Shown here: piece by piece, positions 12,241 through 26,295 of the stretch
Layout of the letters: the number at the start of each line of letters is the position of its first letter
How positions within the stretch are numbered: position 1 is the first letter of the stretch
Source: Geosiphon pyriformis uo1
Taxonomy: Eukaryota > Fungi > Glomeromycota
DNA: 64,000 nt
Reading direction: 5' to 3'
Assembly: GCA_016748015.1 (NCBI GenBank)
Contig: JAAOMT010000591.1
Span: 261,532-325,531 of the forward strand
Notes under the pieces: model-generated
Databases searched by the model: none
Seen by the model: only the letters and a program-made list of their open reading frames with translations
What the model was told of the DNA's origin: nothing
Made by a program: the position numbers and the translations under genes

Positions 12241-15200
12241 CTATATGTCTATATGAACTACAATAGAATTATCAACACCAGAAAAAAATGCACACTGTTT
12301 ATGATATCCAAAATGAACACTTATAGCTTCAGCAACACCCAGCAACCTGACTACTCCAGATGAGAATTCAGAACCCAAACCAGAAATCAGGACAGGAACC
12401 GATCTGTTCAATAAAATATGGCCATTTTTCTTTATGAATGCATGATATTTAACATAAACCAACCAAACTTTGGTTCTGAAAGCAGCACTAAGAGACTGTA
12501 CAAATTCAATAACTCTTGAGCGAACAAGCTTGGGGTCAGAACAAAAGGAAACAGTTTCATGATACCACCCATCAAAAACAAAACCCTTAAACAGAGCCAT
12601 AGACACAGAAACATTTGAGACACAAGTAGACAACAACTGCAAAACACTAGAAGAGGAAACAAATAAACCAAAAAGTGCACTCCAAAAGCTCATGTGGGAG
12701 TCTAAAATTCGGCAATAAGCACCATGATCAAATTTACAGACAAAGACATGATCCAACACCTCTACTTTGCCACAATGTAGACACAATACACTGGGGTAAT
12801 GCCTGTCATAGAGACACTTTCGAATAACCACTGGTAGCTGGTGGTACAAAGCTTTCATAAAATAAGTATAGAGATCCATCGAAGACTTGCTAATAAATCC
12901 AGAGGCCATGTGCGAGTCAGGATGCCATACAAATAAGGAGCAATGCCAATCAACATCAGAAAGTAAACTATCAGACAAGAACTTTGAACCCAACCCAACT
13001 TCCCAGTGAGCATGATTAATGGAACAAAAAATATCTTGAACAAAATGTCTAGAGTTAGCAAAGACAACACCACCATTAGCTACCAAGAAATGTTCATTCA
13101 AGCACAGAGGAAGACACCAGGCAGAAAGAGAGGCAGCATCAGCAATCATATCAGCTTGGTTATTTTCTGGAATTCCAGAGTGACTCTTCACCTTACACCA
13201 ATCTACTCTCAAATTATTATTCTGAATAATGTTCACTATGTGTTAATGTTCAACCCAACACTGATTGCGAAAATCTGGACATATCAAACCAAGTTCCGAT
13301 TTACACGCGTCCAAAGCAGATTGACTATCAGAAAACAAACAAATGGAACCAGAAGAAGGGACACATTCCAAAGCCAAAGCAATGGCCTACATCTTAGCCA
13401 AAGTTGATGACATCAAACCCGAAACACTAACACCCAATCTCAAACCAATGTCTTTAAAAAAAACTCCAGCACTGGCTCTACAGCCAGATGTGTCTAAGCC
13501 CTTGAGAGACCCATCTGTGTACACTAAAATAGCATCAACAACAACAAGGGAGAGTTGACTACGAATAAATTTGAAACTTAGAAAAGAGACAATACTAGGA
13601 GGACCAACAACATCCAAGGCAGGAGGACATAGAGAAAGAGATGCCACTTCACTGAGAAACATGGTCGAAAGCCAAAACCACTCAGGAACAGGACTGCATG
13701 GGTCCAGCCTCTTCCACCGCTTAAAGGTGGGCCAATCAAAAACGAGACCATAGCAATCACGGATTTGGTCCATGAAGGCAATGCCATGTCACCAGAAAAA
13801 AGGAAGGAACTGGAAAAATTTTGATTCACCAAGAACAGCAGACATTGGCACCCCACCACACAACAGAAAAGAGTTGCCCAAATAACCACCCAAAGATAAA
13901 CTGTTTTCAAGAAGAATGCAAACCAAGCCTGCAAGGAAATTGTTAGAAGGACTAACATGAATGCGAACAGGAAAACACAAAGGATGGACAGGACGCCAAC
14001 ACAAAACTTGCAAGTCATGAGACCTGTAAAAGAATAAACAACCCAAAACACCACCAGAGTTTGCAAAACAAATAAGTGACACCACCTTGCCCTCTGACTG
14101 AATTTGGACAAAAGATTTCAAACTATAGAAAGATGGGTGGTATATTGTATCATTAAGGAAGTCAGACGGTAAACCTGATTTCAACTTCAAGCTCTTTCTG
14201 ATAAGAACATCCCACTTGTGACACACACTAACTGGTATAAAACTAAACTGTATTCTAAAGCTGACAATAGGATACAGAACAGCAGACACCAAATACAAAA
14301 ATTGTTTATTAGAGACAGTCTTTTTAAGCACCATATTGGAAAAAAAATGAACGTCCAAATGAGCCTTCACCAGACTGGGCTTTGAAAAACCCTCAGTCAA
14401 GAAGAAGATACCCAGATAATGATGGGACTCCTCTTTTCTGGCAATGGTAATCAGCACCCCACTGATGAAAAGAGAAGGTCTATCGACATGGCAGTTGATT
14501 GGAATCACCACAGTTTTATCATTGTTAATAGAGATGTCATTGATCTGGTAAAACTCACTAGCCACATCTAGAATATGTTGAGTAGCAGTTTGACTGCTCC
14601 CAACCCAAATTGTATCATCAACAAAGGTACTGGCAGCAAAAAAAAAGAGAGGCCAGCCCGAGATTCAGCATGATTATTTTTCAATATGTAATGGGACACT
14701 AATCTGTATCCACACACACTCTCTTGTTTCTTGACTTCACATAAAAAAAGATTATAAAAAATATGCTACAAAAGAGGGGAGAAAACTTCACTCTGATCCA
14801 AACCATCATGGACATAGTAGCCATCAGTCAAACCAAAATTAGTCATGACCTGATTGGTGTAACCCATGTGAATACTCTTAAAGAAGCAGATAAAGCTACC
14901 ACACATTTTGATTCTAACCAGACTCTTCTCAAGATGCTCCCAACCAACAGAATTGTATGCCTTCCTCATGTCTTGCAAAACTAGCCAGAACTCCCAGTTC
15001 TTTTCCAGAGCATCTTTGACTACCGAACCTATAGCAAAGATGGGAGATTACATTGTAGTACCCTTAAGAACAGAAAAATTGTCCCCATAGAGAATGTCAA
15101 ATTTGCTGCATGCTAATGAAATCCTATTGGAGAGAATTTTATGAGTCATCTTAATCAAGGCAATAGAGTGAGTATTCATAAGGACTCCCTCCTATTTATT

Positions 15201-16915
15201 TGGTTTAGGAATCATTAAGACCCACACCTCCTTCCAAGCACTAGGCACTGATTCACTTGAAAAACAGGAATTAATAAGCACTAAGAACATATTGAGAACA
15301 GATTTGTCATAATTTTTCCACAGTTCATTAGAGATGCCCGAAAGTCCAGCAGCTTTACCATTAAGCAGGTCTGAAACTACACTAAACAAAACATCGAAGT
15401 TTACACAGCCCATAGTGTCGGCAAAAGCATCATTAAAAACATATTCCAATAGTCAATATTGATAAGACCATTCATCATTAACATTCAGAACTACACTACG
15501 TCTCTGTGTTCAACCCTCCATGATCTCATCCATCTTAGATTTAACAGGATCAGGCTCCAAAATCATCTCATTCCCAACAACCAGATGATTCAACACCATC
15601 TTGTGAAAAGGTCATTCCAGAACACTTCTGATAGTATGGCCTTTGTTCGATTTGAAACTTTCCATCTTTTTATCAATAGCCAATCTGATCTGAGAATCCT
15701 CAGCATGTTTTGATTCCAACAATTTTGAAGCACAATAGGATTTCCTGACTTTGGGCAAAGCTGAACAGATGTTGTTAAAAGGAGATCCTGAGAGAAAGAA
15801 AAACCTCACCACAGACGCATTAATGGAATCAAAAGAATCTCAGGTATTGAGCAGTAAAACAAACTCATTACAATCAATGAATGGGAAGCTTTAACCAATT
15901 TAGAAACCAGAAGCTTCAATCTATGGAATCTAGATGAACATTTGGTGAAAACTCCATCATATTCCTTGAACCATTTTTTTTTAAACATCTCATTAGCTGA
16001 AAAACACATTGTTCTATAAATAGCATCCCACATAGTATTTAAGTCCAAGCACTCTTTGGCTTCTAAGAAACCACCAGCAAACATGGCAGAATTTGCCACT
16101 GTAGCTTCCTTGAACTTTGACCATAAAACGGCATCAGCATTTTTGAAATTATACTTCCAGCAATCCCTATTGGCCTGCTTGTGAAGCGAGCACAGATGCA
16201 TGTCTAGCAATCCATCCAAACCAACCAACATCAGGACGGACTGGTGGTCAGTATCAAAGAATCCACTAACATCCAGGACACTGCGATCTACTATAACATT
16301 GACCAAATTAGGAGACACAAACAGATAGTCAATTGTTTTTGCCACACTCTGAGAATTACTCTATGTTGGAGCTTTCAGAAATATACTATTGACAAGAGAG
16401 TTAACCAGACCTAATGCACCACACTTCTTGAAGCTGGCACTCTTACGAAAACCATTCTTATTGAAGTCACCACCCAAAATTATGAAAGAAGATTCATTCA
16501 CAGTACTAGCAATTAAAGCATTTATTTTATTAGCTTGTGAGAAACGCATTGACGCAGATGTACCAGCATACAGACCTAAAACGGAAACAGAAAGTTTGTT
16601 CTTAAAGAGCAGCTTGATAGCAAGAAGATAACCAGGAACTTCAGAAATCTTATACACATGTTTGGCCAAAGCAACATCCATAATAATAGTTACATCAGAA
16701 CTGAGATAACCCAAATCCAAGCCAAAGACAAAAACATACACACCAGAAAACCTATTAGCAATCCAAGAGCGAATCTTACACCTCAACTTTGTCTCAGTAA
16801 TTATGGAAATCACATTGTTCATATCTTTGTGCCAACAAACAATGTCGGCTTGCTTAGCAGGATTGTTCATCCCTCTGACATTGCATGTCACAATTTTCTA
16901 CACGAAACTACTTAT
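12241..16915 (-). pseudogene. LINE-2 ORF2 (APE-RT-RNase H), disrupted
   Basis: TCNVRGMNN, GGDFN, TIDYLF, QDMRKAYNSV, GLDQSE, FVDD, YTDGS, HSGIPENNQAD, CLHC...HVFVC. Confidence 0.92.
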
Positions 16916-18813
16916 TAAGATAAAGAAGAATCTGCAGAACCTGAGCCAGTACACATCTAATCTAACTTCTCCAAAACTGAACTAACTGAAGCCTCAAGAG
17001 CCATCAACTTAGACTCCAAACAGCCCACTTTTGAAGTCAAAATTCTTGAACTACTCAAACCTAAATCTGAAGTACTAGATGAAACCAAAAAAGATGGAGG
17101 AAGCACTGGCTTAGGATTATCCAGAGCCATGTTTGAATCAAACTCCACATTTGCCACGACTGGAACCACCAAATTTTGAGAAGAAGAAGTAAGAGCTGAG
17201 GGCACCAAGACCAAATTTTCAAGTTTACACACAACACCAGACACCTTATCCATAAGAAGCTCCACAGAACACTCCAAAGAGGCAAGATGAGCCTCCAAAG
17301 ATGTACTAACAAGAACTATATGAGAAGAGAAATCAATCACACCTGAGGCACCAGAAGAAAGAGACCCAAAACCAGGATCAAGACCAAAGTGAGGATTATT
17401 AGACAAGGATACAAGAGAGACTATTTGGGCCCACAATTTGCCACCAAAAGCAACCAGTCGAGCAATAGACACATCTTTTTTTACATACAATCAGGCCAAC
17501 TGGAGGCAGTTCTTATCAGATACAACTCTTTTAAAAGACTTGGAAGATTTAGAAGTAGAAGTGACCTCAATATCACACTCCAAAGTAGAATAACTGAACT
17601 TTCCATACTGCCCACACCAAACCAGATCCAATTTAGCCCAAGAAAGCTTCATACTACCAAGGATTGGTTCTATGCGAAAAGCAGACTCCAGCATTTCATT
17701 AGACTCAAAGCCAACCACAACACAGCGAAATCTATTTCTAGTCTCCAAGAAATAATTGATTATGCAACTTTTCTTACCAGCTCCATCCAATAGATCACCA
17801 AAATCATGAGCAGTTGTTCCCACAAGCAAAGTAAACAAAAGTGTCCTGAATTGATCTCTAGATGCCCAAGTATTATGATTACTCACCACCATAGTCACAT
17901 GAACCGAGTCTTTACCAATTAGAAAAGACCACTTAGCAGCCAAAAACACAGCCTGTTCCAATTCAGCAAATTCTACTACAGCCTTCTGCTATAAACCAAT
18001 AAGTTAGATTTTGATCAACTTAATTTGTCCAAACTCGGATACTGCAGTGACAATCATTTTTTTGGCATATCCATGGGAATTTCCTTGATTACCACAGCCT
18101 GATCTGAGCGAATTCTTTGTCTCTTAAGATCACTGTTTACTATGATGTTATTTTCCCTAGCCAATGAGGTGGCCTTTTCCATGCTTGCTTCAGAGATGAA
18201 GATAGATCTGATGATCTCTTCAAATTTTGAGGGGATAGTGGCCCCCCCCAAAACTATTGATTCTTGAAAATAATTTTCTTATGGCATGAGTTTTGGCCAT
18301 TGCTGATTTCCCTTCCACAGCCAAAAGATTGATGTCCAAAGCAAAAGATTTTTTTACAGCCACTTCCACCTGAGTTTTAATGATTTTGGGATCAATTCAT
18401 GCTTTATCCAAAGAAAAAAACTTACAGGGGGGAAGAAAAATCTCCTCTTTCTCCTCCATGTCGAAATTAATAGAACTGAAAAGGGAGCCAACAATCGCAC
18501 CATTATTGAAATGCTTGGCTTGGGGTGTATTCATCTTGGAATCAGATACTCCTTCACCTTCGAAAGCCTCTCCATCAGTATCCATGCTATTAAACTGCCT
18601 GACCACTTGACCAGATCCATTACCTTTGAGAACCACATTATTACTTGATAGCTTAGCACCACCAGGAGATTTCTTGACCTTATGACTTGAACCACTATTA
18701 ACTGAACCAGAAGTTGAAACTTTGGTCAATCTTTTTTTAGCACCAGTACCACTCATGGGAACAGCCAGGTCAACAACAAAAGAATTTGTTTCTTGTAAAG
18801 TAATGGAAGACAA
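16915..18813 (-). pseudogene. LINE-2 ORF1, disrupted
   Basis: Homologous to copy 1 ORF1 (VVIKEIPMD, WSFLIGKD, LFTLLVGTTAHD) with a decayed CCHC knuckle. Confidence 0.85.
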
Positions 18814-19028
18814 TATAAAATAACAGAAAAAACTTCTTTTGAAATATGTTTTTTGAGGATTTTTGGAGGTAAAAGAGAAAGAAGTTTTTTTTTTTTAAAT
18901 TTTTGCTATATATATATAATTCATATTATATAAAATTTCTTGGAATTTTGCAATTTTTCTTTTTATTATGTCTATTTCTAATTGGCTATTTTATTTATTA
19001 TTATAATTCCTATTTTTTATGAATAACA

Positions 19029-20993
19029 ATGTAAAACTTTAGCCAAAACTACTAAAAAAAACAAACTTATAAGACAAAATACTGTTCTTAGCTTTGTTTG
19101 CTTATAGAACTGTAAATTATAAAATAATAAACTATAAATTTATTTATTTATTTTATGAACAAATGGCAATTTTACCAATAAAAACAAACATTAAAACAAT
19201 ATTTTTTGAAAAAATTACAATAGAAAATTATAAAAATATTTTGCAAAAAAAATTTGATACTATTTTTGATTCATTAGTAGAAGCATAAATATTTGTTTTT
19301 GAAAAAATAAAACAGTTTCAAGAAAAACTTAAGAAAAAAAAAACTTATAAAACATTTTTTTTAAGTGTTAATAATTTAGTTTTAAAATATCATTCAGACA
19401 AAGACAATATCTATAGTAATAAATTCTTTAATTTATAAAAAGAATTTTTTATAGTCAACAAAGTTTTAAATAATGGTTTTTATATTTTACAAAATTAATA
19501 TAAAACAATCTTTAATAATTGCTCTATTATAACTTAAAAAATATCACAAACAATCTGATTAATTATTTATTATGATAATACTAGCTTAAATAATTAATAA
19601 AAATTAGATATAAATAAATATATTATTTCTAAAACAGAGGTATTTTCAATTAATATAAACAATTATTTCTTGAATCAAAACATTTAAAATGTTTTTTATA
19701 TTTTTTATGAATATTAGACTAAAAATTATTTAAATACTATTTTGATCATTAGAAAACAGACTATTATAACTAATAACAGTGAGATACATACTGTTATTAA
19801 ACCAAAAAAAATTACTATTAGAAAAAAAAATTGGTAGTAAAATATATAAATATATGCTTAAAAATATAATAACAAACATATTATTATCTTTTAATATACT
19901 TGAAAAAATGAAAAAAAAAATCTTGTTTATAAATAAAAATTTATTATATGAAAGATAACTAGAACTTTATAGTTAACTTAGTAAAGTTATAGAAAACATG
20001 AAACTCTTAAAGAAAACAACTTTAAAAATACAAGTGAAAATTTTTGACATTATATAATTAGATATTCCAAAAATTTTGGTCATTGCAAAAAAAGCCAAAA
20101 CTTTTATACAAAAATTTGGTTTTTTAGATACAAAGTTTATTTCATTTCAGATATTATATATTTTGTTCACAAAAAACTTTAATAAACTAATTAGTTTTAA
20201 GCCAAATAAAACTTTTTAATTAAAATATTATATAAATAGTTTGATTTTACCAAAGCTCAATTTTTTTGAAAAGAATGATGTTATAATTGAAACTTATAGT
20301 TTTTATTAGTTATTACATGTATTAGTTACTAATGTTATATAATTAACCATTTTATTTTTAGATAGTAATTAATAATTTGATCATTGATCTAATTATTGAT
20401 CTAATTAGTGATCTGATTAATGACTTGATTATTGACTTAATTAATAATCTGATTATTAACTATTTTTAATAGCTATATAAGTAATGAGTTTTTTAATTGT
20501 AGAAATATATGAAAAAATATATATAAAAAATCAAAAAAATAAAACAATATCTATTAACTCAATTTTTCTCTTATTACTTGTTTTTCTTTTCCTATTTCTT
20601 ATTTTTAAGTATTTAAACATCTTAAAATAAAAAATTACTTATTGGTATTTATTTATTCTTTTTTAATCTGTATAATTATAGTATTTAAAGATTATTAAAT
20701 AAAATATGACTAAAAGTATCTATTATTAAATTCTAAAAATGCTAACATAAAACATAAAATTATATTAGTATATTATTATTTGTTGACAGTATGAATTATT
20801 TTTCTACTTTTAGATTCTCTAGTTATCTTTTGAAAAAATTAGCAATTAAAATATTTTATAAAACTAATCTTATATATTGAATCTATACTTATTCAATTTA
20901 TTTCTTGAAGTTAAATTTTCTTTAATTAATTCTATTATCTTATAATTCTGTTATCTTTTGTTATTTATTAGCTTGTTATTCCAATTTATAACA
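19029..20993 (+). mobile_element. Gypsy C 3' relic: integrase C-terminus, accessory ORF, PPT and 3' LTR (20279-~20993)
   Basis: 19094-19288 (FAYRTVNY...LFYEQMAILPI) matches Gypsy A FAYRTLKQ...LVYGRKAILPI. AAAGCTCAATTTTTTT-purine tract-TGTTATA at 20279 mirrors the Gypsy A GGAGCTCAATTTT-PPT-LTR junction. ~12-bp tandem array at 20375-20460. Putative end ATAACA at 20993. Confidence 0.75.
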
Positions 20994-21282
20994 ATATTAT
21001 TAATTTATAATACTAATTTATAAACTATTAATTTATATATTTATTTATAATAACATATATATATATTAATTATTATTATTTAACAATTATATTTACATAT
21101 TTTTAAATATTATTATAAATTTTTATTCAGATTATACTAAAAAAAACTCTTTTTCTTGTCGATCCTCTGACCACAACAAAAGCTATAGTTATTTGGTTAA
21201 AGAAATTGCTTTTTTTTTCCTTTTTTTTCCTTTTTCCCTTTTGTTTCCTTAAGTTATTTCTTCCAACACACCTGTTTTTGTC

Positions 21283-23256
21283 ATGATAGAACCAGTGGAC
21301 GCATCTACTAATGGTTCTGGTTTAGTATTGGCTGGGTTGGAATTCCATCCTAGTAATAAAGATAACAAAAAAAAGGTGTGTATTAATAGTGTATACTCTC
21401 ACAATCTTTCTTTCAAAAAACCAAAAAAACCTGAGGCTTCTGATATCATTATAAATTTGTCAGCTGGGCCTTTGTCTGCTGAGATGTTGCAAACTACTGG
21501 TATTAGACACAATAAATCTTGGGGCAGTAAAATGAAAAGTGAGGAAAACAGTATAAATAAGATATTGGACATAGAGAACTTAAAGAACACAGTTGCTAAA
21601 GAAACGAGCTATATTGATTCCAACACTTCTGAAATGAATGACATGATGGATGACACAACTCTTAGGAAAATGCAAACAAGGACTTATGTTTTGAGACAAC
21701 TGCCAAAAGTTTCTTCCTTTGTGAATGTGAATGATGACAATAATGAGTTGGTGCTCCCAGCACCTAAATTTGTTGGATCCAATCAGCTGTCATCTGCCAA
21801 ATCACATGTCTTAAAAAAAATGAGCTTCGAGCCAGTAAAATCATTTGCTTTGAATGTGGAGTTATCTGCTGTGTCTGGTAAAACTATTAGTGATAAGTTA
21901 ATCTTAGTTAAAAAATTTTTTTATCAAATTGATGGTTTTGGAGAAGCTACCACTCCCTCAAAATTTTTTGGGATTATCAGATCATTCTTTATATCCAAAT
22001 TGAGTTTAAAAAAAGTTAAAAAACTGGCAATTCATGAGAAAATTATGGTGAATAATAATGTTAAACAAGTAAACAAACATTTGGATTGGGTAATTGTTGT
22101 TAAGAAGATTCTGGTTGATCTTCTCAAATCGGCTGTTGAATCTGTTTTTTCTAAGTTTGAAAAGATTGTATTGATCAAGATGCAACTGATTGGCCTGTAG
22201 CAGAAAGCTTTGGTAAAGTTTGAGTTATCTGAAATAGCCGATTTGGTCACAGCTAAATGGTCTGTCTTCATGGAAAAGAATTCTGTTCATGTGGCAAAAG
22301 CTGTTAATGTTAAACAATCGTGAGTTTCCAGAAATTTACATCAGGCATTGCTTTATACTCTTCCAGTTGATATAACAGTTCATGATCTTTCTGATTTGTT
22401 GGAAGCATATGATGGGAAGACTTGTTTCATTGGCTGTAATCCTAATTTGTATGTGCATAATAGATGTGCAATAGTGTGTTTTGTTGATAAGACATTCAAA
22501 TTGGCTGCTATTGGTTCTACTCCAGTGTTTAAGGGTGTAAATTTGCACTGGGCTAGTTTTTTTTTGGCCTGTTGTGCTTATTGCAAACAGTTTGGTTATA
22601 TTTCTACAGAGTGTTCATTAGGTGAGAATTCTGGTGTTTGTGGTAAGCAGATGGTGACTCTTTAGGATCAGATCTGTTTGGCCAACATATATAAAAAAAA
22701 ATAGGCTCCAATTATTTGCCCAGTTTTTTTTGGTGAAAAAACTTGGGTTCAGGTTGCTAGTGGTTTGTTTTTTTGTGTGGTTTTGTCAGATTTTTTTGGT
22801 ACTGGTTCATTTTTAGGTACAAAACCTGTCTCATTGGTTTCTAATTCCCTTGGTAATTCCTGTTTGGTTGATTGATTGGCCTCTCTGGAATGCTCTTTGG
22901 AGCTCTTGTCAAATCAGGTTTTAGTTATTATGAAAAAATTGAGCTTTGTAGAATTGGTGTCTTTGGCATCCAAACTTCATGTCTCTCTTCTGGTTGTTCT
23001 TGCATCTGTTATGTCTAATTTGAACTCAGAAATGGCTCTGAATAATACTCTGGCATTTTCTCCTCCTCCTTTTTTGGGTGTTGTTGCAGATTCAGTTACT
23101 GATCTCAGTTCAAGTAGTTCTAAAGTTTTAACCACCAAGGTGGATAAATTAGAATTCAAGATAGTGGCTTTGGAGATGTTAGTTGAATATGTTTTGGAAA
23201 AATTGAATTGTTTGTGCTCTGGCTTGGGTTTATCAACTTTTTTTACCCCCCAATGA
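21283..23256 (+). pseudogene. LINE-3 ORF1, disrupted
   Basis: KSFALNV, LYTLPVDITVHD, intact-looking CAYCKQFGYISTEC knuckle. TGA stop overlaps the ORF2 ATG (ATGA, 23253-23256). Confidence 0.88.
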
Positions 23257-25124
23257 GTGACTTCGTGTGAAAATTTGTGATGTGTAATGTTCAAGGTATT
23301 AATGTTCCTGCCAAGCAGGAGAATATTATTTATTGGCATAGGGATTCTGGGAATTTGGTTTTGATAATTACAGAAACAAAGCTGAGGTCTAGCAACAGGT
23401 TTTGGATTAGAGATAAGTTTAATGAAGTCAGAGTTTTTTCATCTGGATTGAACAAGAGTTTTTTTGGTGCTGGAGTCATGATTATTATGAACACTTTTTT
23501 AGCTCATTATGTTTATAAGGTTTCTGAGGTGTCTGGTTGACTCTTTTCTGTTAAGCTGTTATTCAAAAATAAACTTTTTGTGTCAATTTTGGGGCTTTAT
23601 GCTGGAGCGTCTTTGGCTGTTCATTTCTTTTAGGCTAATAATATCAATTCTGTAATAGCAAAGGCAGTCAATGAATCTTCGTTTGTGGTTTTGGGTGGTG
23701 ATTTCAATGAAGATGGCTCCTGAAGGTGTGCTAGTTTCAAAAAGTGTTTAGATCTTGGTTTAGTCAATTTCTTGAGTAAAAGTTCTTATGTCAAAACATC
23801 CATATGAGCTAACTTTTGGGGCATGGCTAAGACTATCAATTTTTTATTCATTTCTTCAAATTTGGTTAATGCTGTGGTGGATTGCGAGGTGTCTGATATT
23901 AGTGAATTTTTTAATACTGATTATTGTGCTGTTTATGTGTCTGTAGATTTGGATGAGCTTTTGAATATGCAGTTGAATTCTCTTTACAAACAAGCAAATA
24001 AGGATCAGTAAAAGTTTGAGTTTAAAGGTGCTGATGAGAATAAATGGAACAATTTCAAAGGTGCTATGTCAGCCAATGCTGCAATGTTCTCAGATGAGTT
24101 TGCTATCTTTGCAAAATTTCAGATTTGAATATAATATAGGATACTATTCACAAAATAATAGTTCTTTCAGCTAATGAGATGTTTAAAAAAAAATGGTTCA
24201 AAGGCTCTGATAATGTTTTTACCAAAGAATCTTTGAGATTTCACAAGTTAAAACTCTTGGTTTCTAAGATTGTTAGGACTTCACATGAGAAGAGTGTTGT
24301 GAATTTTGATTCTCTTATGAGATGCTGGATTTCTTTAGACAATATTAAGACTTCAGTTGTTCAGAACATTGTAAACTCTGGTGCTGGCTCTAATTACGTT
24401 CATTCTGTTCTCTTTGGTGCTAAAAAGTTTTATCATGCTGCCAAGCTTGCTGAATCTCTAAGGACTAAGGAGACAAATATCAGATTAGCTATTAATAAAA
24501 GGATGGAGGACTTCGAGGTTAATAAGAAGCATACAATTAAAAGTGTGCTAAAATGTCCCTTTCACAAAGTGGCACTTGATTATCTGATGGTTGATGATGA
24601 ACTGATTCTAGAATCTGAGTTAGTTAAGTCTAAGGTGAATATAATCATGAAAAGTTGGACTAGGAAATGCTGAGTGGTAGATAATATCTCTGGTGATTGG
24701 CACTACCAATATTAACTATTGGAGTATGTTTTTGATGAAGCTTTTTCTGGTGTCATGTGTTTGATTAAATTTGATGAATTGGTTGAGGTGGTTTCTAATC
24801 TGTCTGATGGCAAAACTGCTGGTCTCTCAAGTTTGTTGAATAAGCTTTGGAAGCTTTGTGATAAGTTGGTCTTGGATATGCTTTTGGTGTTTTTGAATTC
24901 CTGTTTGTCTAGTGAATTGGTGTCCAGCTCTTGAAAGAAAGCTTGGGTCTCAATAATTTCCAAACCATATAAGTGGAAAGATGTTTTGACAAATACCCAT
25001 TTTATTGCTTTAATCAAAACAGCTTGTAAGATTTTTTCTAAGATTCTCTCTAACAGAATTTTTTTGGCATGCAGCACTTTTGATGTTCTTCATAGAGACA
25101 ATTTTTTGGTTTTGAAGGGTACGT

Positions 25125-25792
25125 TGTTACCTGAGTAGAAAAAACCGATCCAAAGTTATGAAGAAACATGACCAAAACATAACATAATACAGAATAATGC
25201 ACAATAATGTTGGATAATGCGTTATAATGTAGGATAACGTGTTATAATACAGGATAACACAGAATAACATGCAATAACATAAGATAATGTGTTATAATGC
25301 AGGATAACACAGAATAACATGTAATAATGTCAGATAATGTGTTATAACATAGGATAACTAGTGATAACTAGTGATAACATAGAAAAACAAAGCAATAACA
25401 GAAACAACAAAGCAATAGCTAGCGATAGTGAGACAATTGAAAGCAATCCTGTAAAACCAAAAGAATTTATAAAAGCAAGTAGTTGTAGAAGTAAAAAAAG
25501 ACAGACAGATAGATACAAACCTCTAGACCAGAATTAAAATATCCATACCCCTTCATTCTTTATTATCTTCCCTATTTCATCTCCTGAAATAAACCAATTA
25601 TTAAAAGAAATCAGAATCACGAATTTATGTTTTCAAACTTCATGGAATTTACATAAATTAACTCTTGTTTTGTACCTCCGTTCTAGAACAAATGCTCTTA
25701 GTATAACCATCTCAAACCTATTAACAATTTGGACCAATTGCTCTTGATCACGGCGATTGACGATACTAATTTATCTTTTCTCTCTTTTCTTT

Positions 25793-25830
<38 letters not shown>

Positions 25831-26274
25831 TTTGTTTNNNNNNNNNNNNNNNNNNNNTTTTTTTTTTTTTTTTTTCTGTCTTATTTTTGTGGAGTGGCAA
25901 TATAGTAAAATCGACTGTCTAAGAATGGACTTTGTGATAGCTTGGTAAAAGAGGGAAGCTCCCCCTAAGTTTTGGATATTAATATTATCTTGTTAGCTTA
26001 CCAGAAGGGCAAAAAGACAATGCCAGACCCTAATAACTGTGCTCATTAGCTTGGAAAAGAAAGCTCACATTTACAAAAAATGTTGTAATTGACGAAAGAC
26101 AAACTCTGTGCCTTATAACCAAAGAACTCAATGGGTAAAATTCACATCCAGGAATAGACTTTCAGAGACTGATAATCAAGACTAAGCAAACAGAATTACG
26201 TAGAAGATGCATCATCAATAATTAAGAGCACCAAACATTATCATTTTCCATACCCACCAAGTTTACCTGTAACA
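25125..26274 (+). repeat. Gypsy A 5' LTR
   Basis: TGTTAC...GTAACA. Direct repeat of 34333-35439. Contains a 10-bp tandem array and a long poly(T) with a 20-N gap. Confidence 0.95.
25184..25383 (+). repeat. 10-bp tandem array (ATAAYRYRNN x ~20) in LTR U3; also at ~34392-34581
   Basis: ATAATACAGA ATAATGCACA ATAATGTTGG ATAATGCGTT ATAATGTAGG ATAACGTGTT ... with an exact 10-nt register. Confidence 0.9.
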
Positions 26275-26276
26275 TT

Positions 26277-26295
26277 TGGTGCTTCCTGTGAGGTT
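26277..26295 (+). promoter_or_regulatory. Primer-binding site TGGTGCTTCCTGTGAGGTT
   Basis: Lies 2 nt after the LTR and is complementary to a tRNA 3' end ...ACCUCACAGGAAGCA-CCA. This resembles elongator tRNA-Met or tRNA-Ile(UAU) ends; the exact tRNA is not determinable here. Confidence 0.85.

Larger units (their letters stand above)
12111..18892 (-). mobile_element. LINE copy 2 (full length, degenerate)
   Basis: Same 3' UTR (12129-12240) and 5' inverted repeat (18827-18890) as copy 1. Degenerate TSD TTCTAAAATTTTT/TTTTAAATTTTT inside the Gypsy B LTR. Confidence 0.93.
11437..19028 (-). mobile_element. 5' LTR of Gypsy B, split by LINE copy 2 (LTR parts 11437-~12110 and ~18893-19028)
   Basis: Both halves align collinearly with the solo LTRs. 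Termini are TATTACA at 11437 and AATAACA at 19028. It is followed on the minus strand by a PBS and the gag ATG (11372). Confidence 0.85.

Noticed and set aside
25184-25383. Regular array resembling a CRISPR
   Set aside because: It is a contiguous 10-bp tandem repeat with no unique spacers, inside an LTR, with no cas genes in a eukaryotic context.
25757-25948. Poly-Phe ORF and N run
   Set aside because: Translation of the LTR poly(T) tract plus an assembly gap; not coding.
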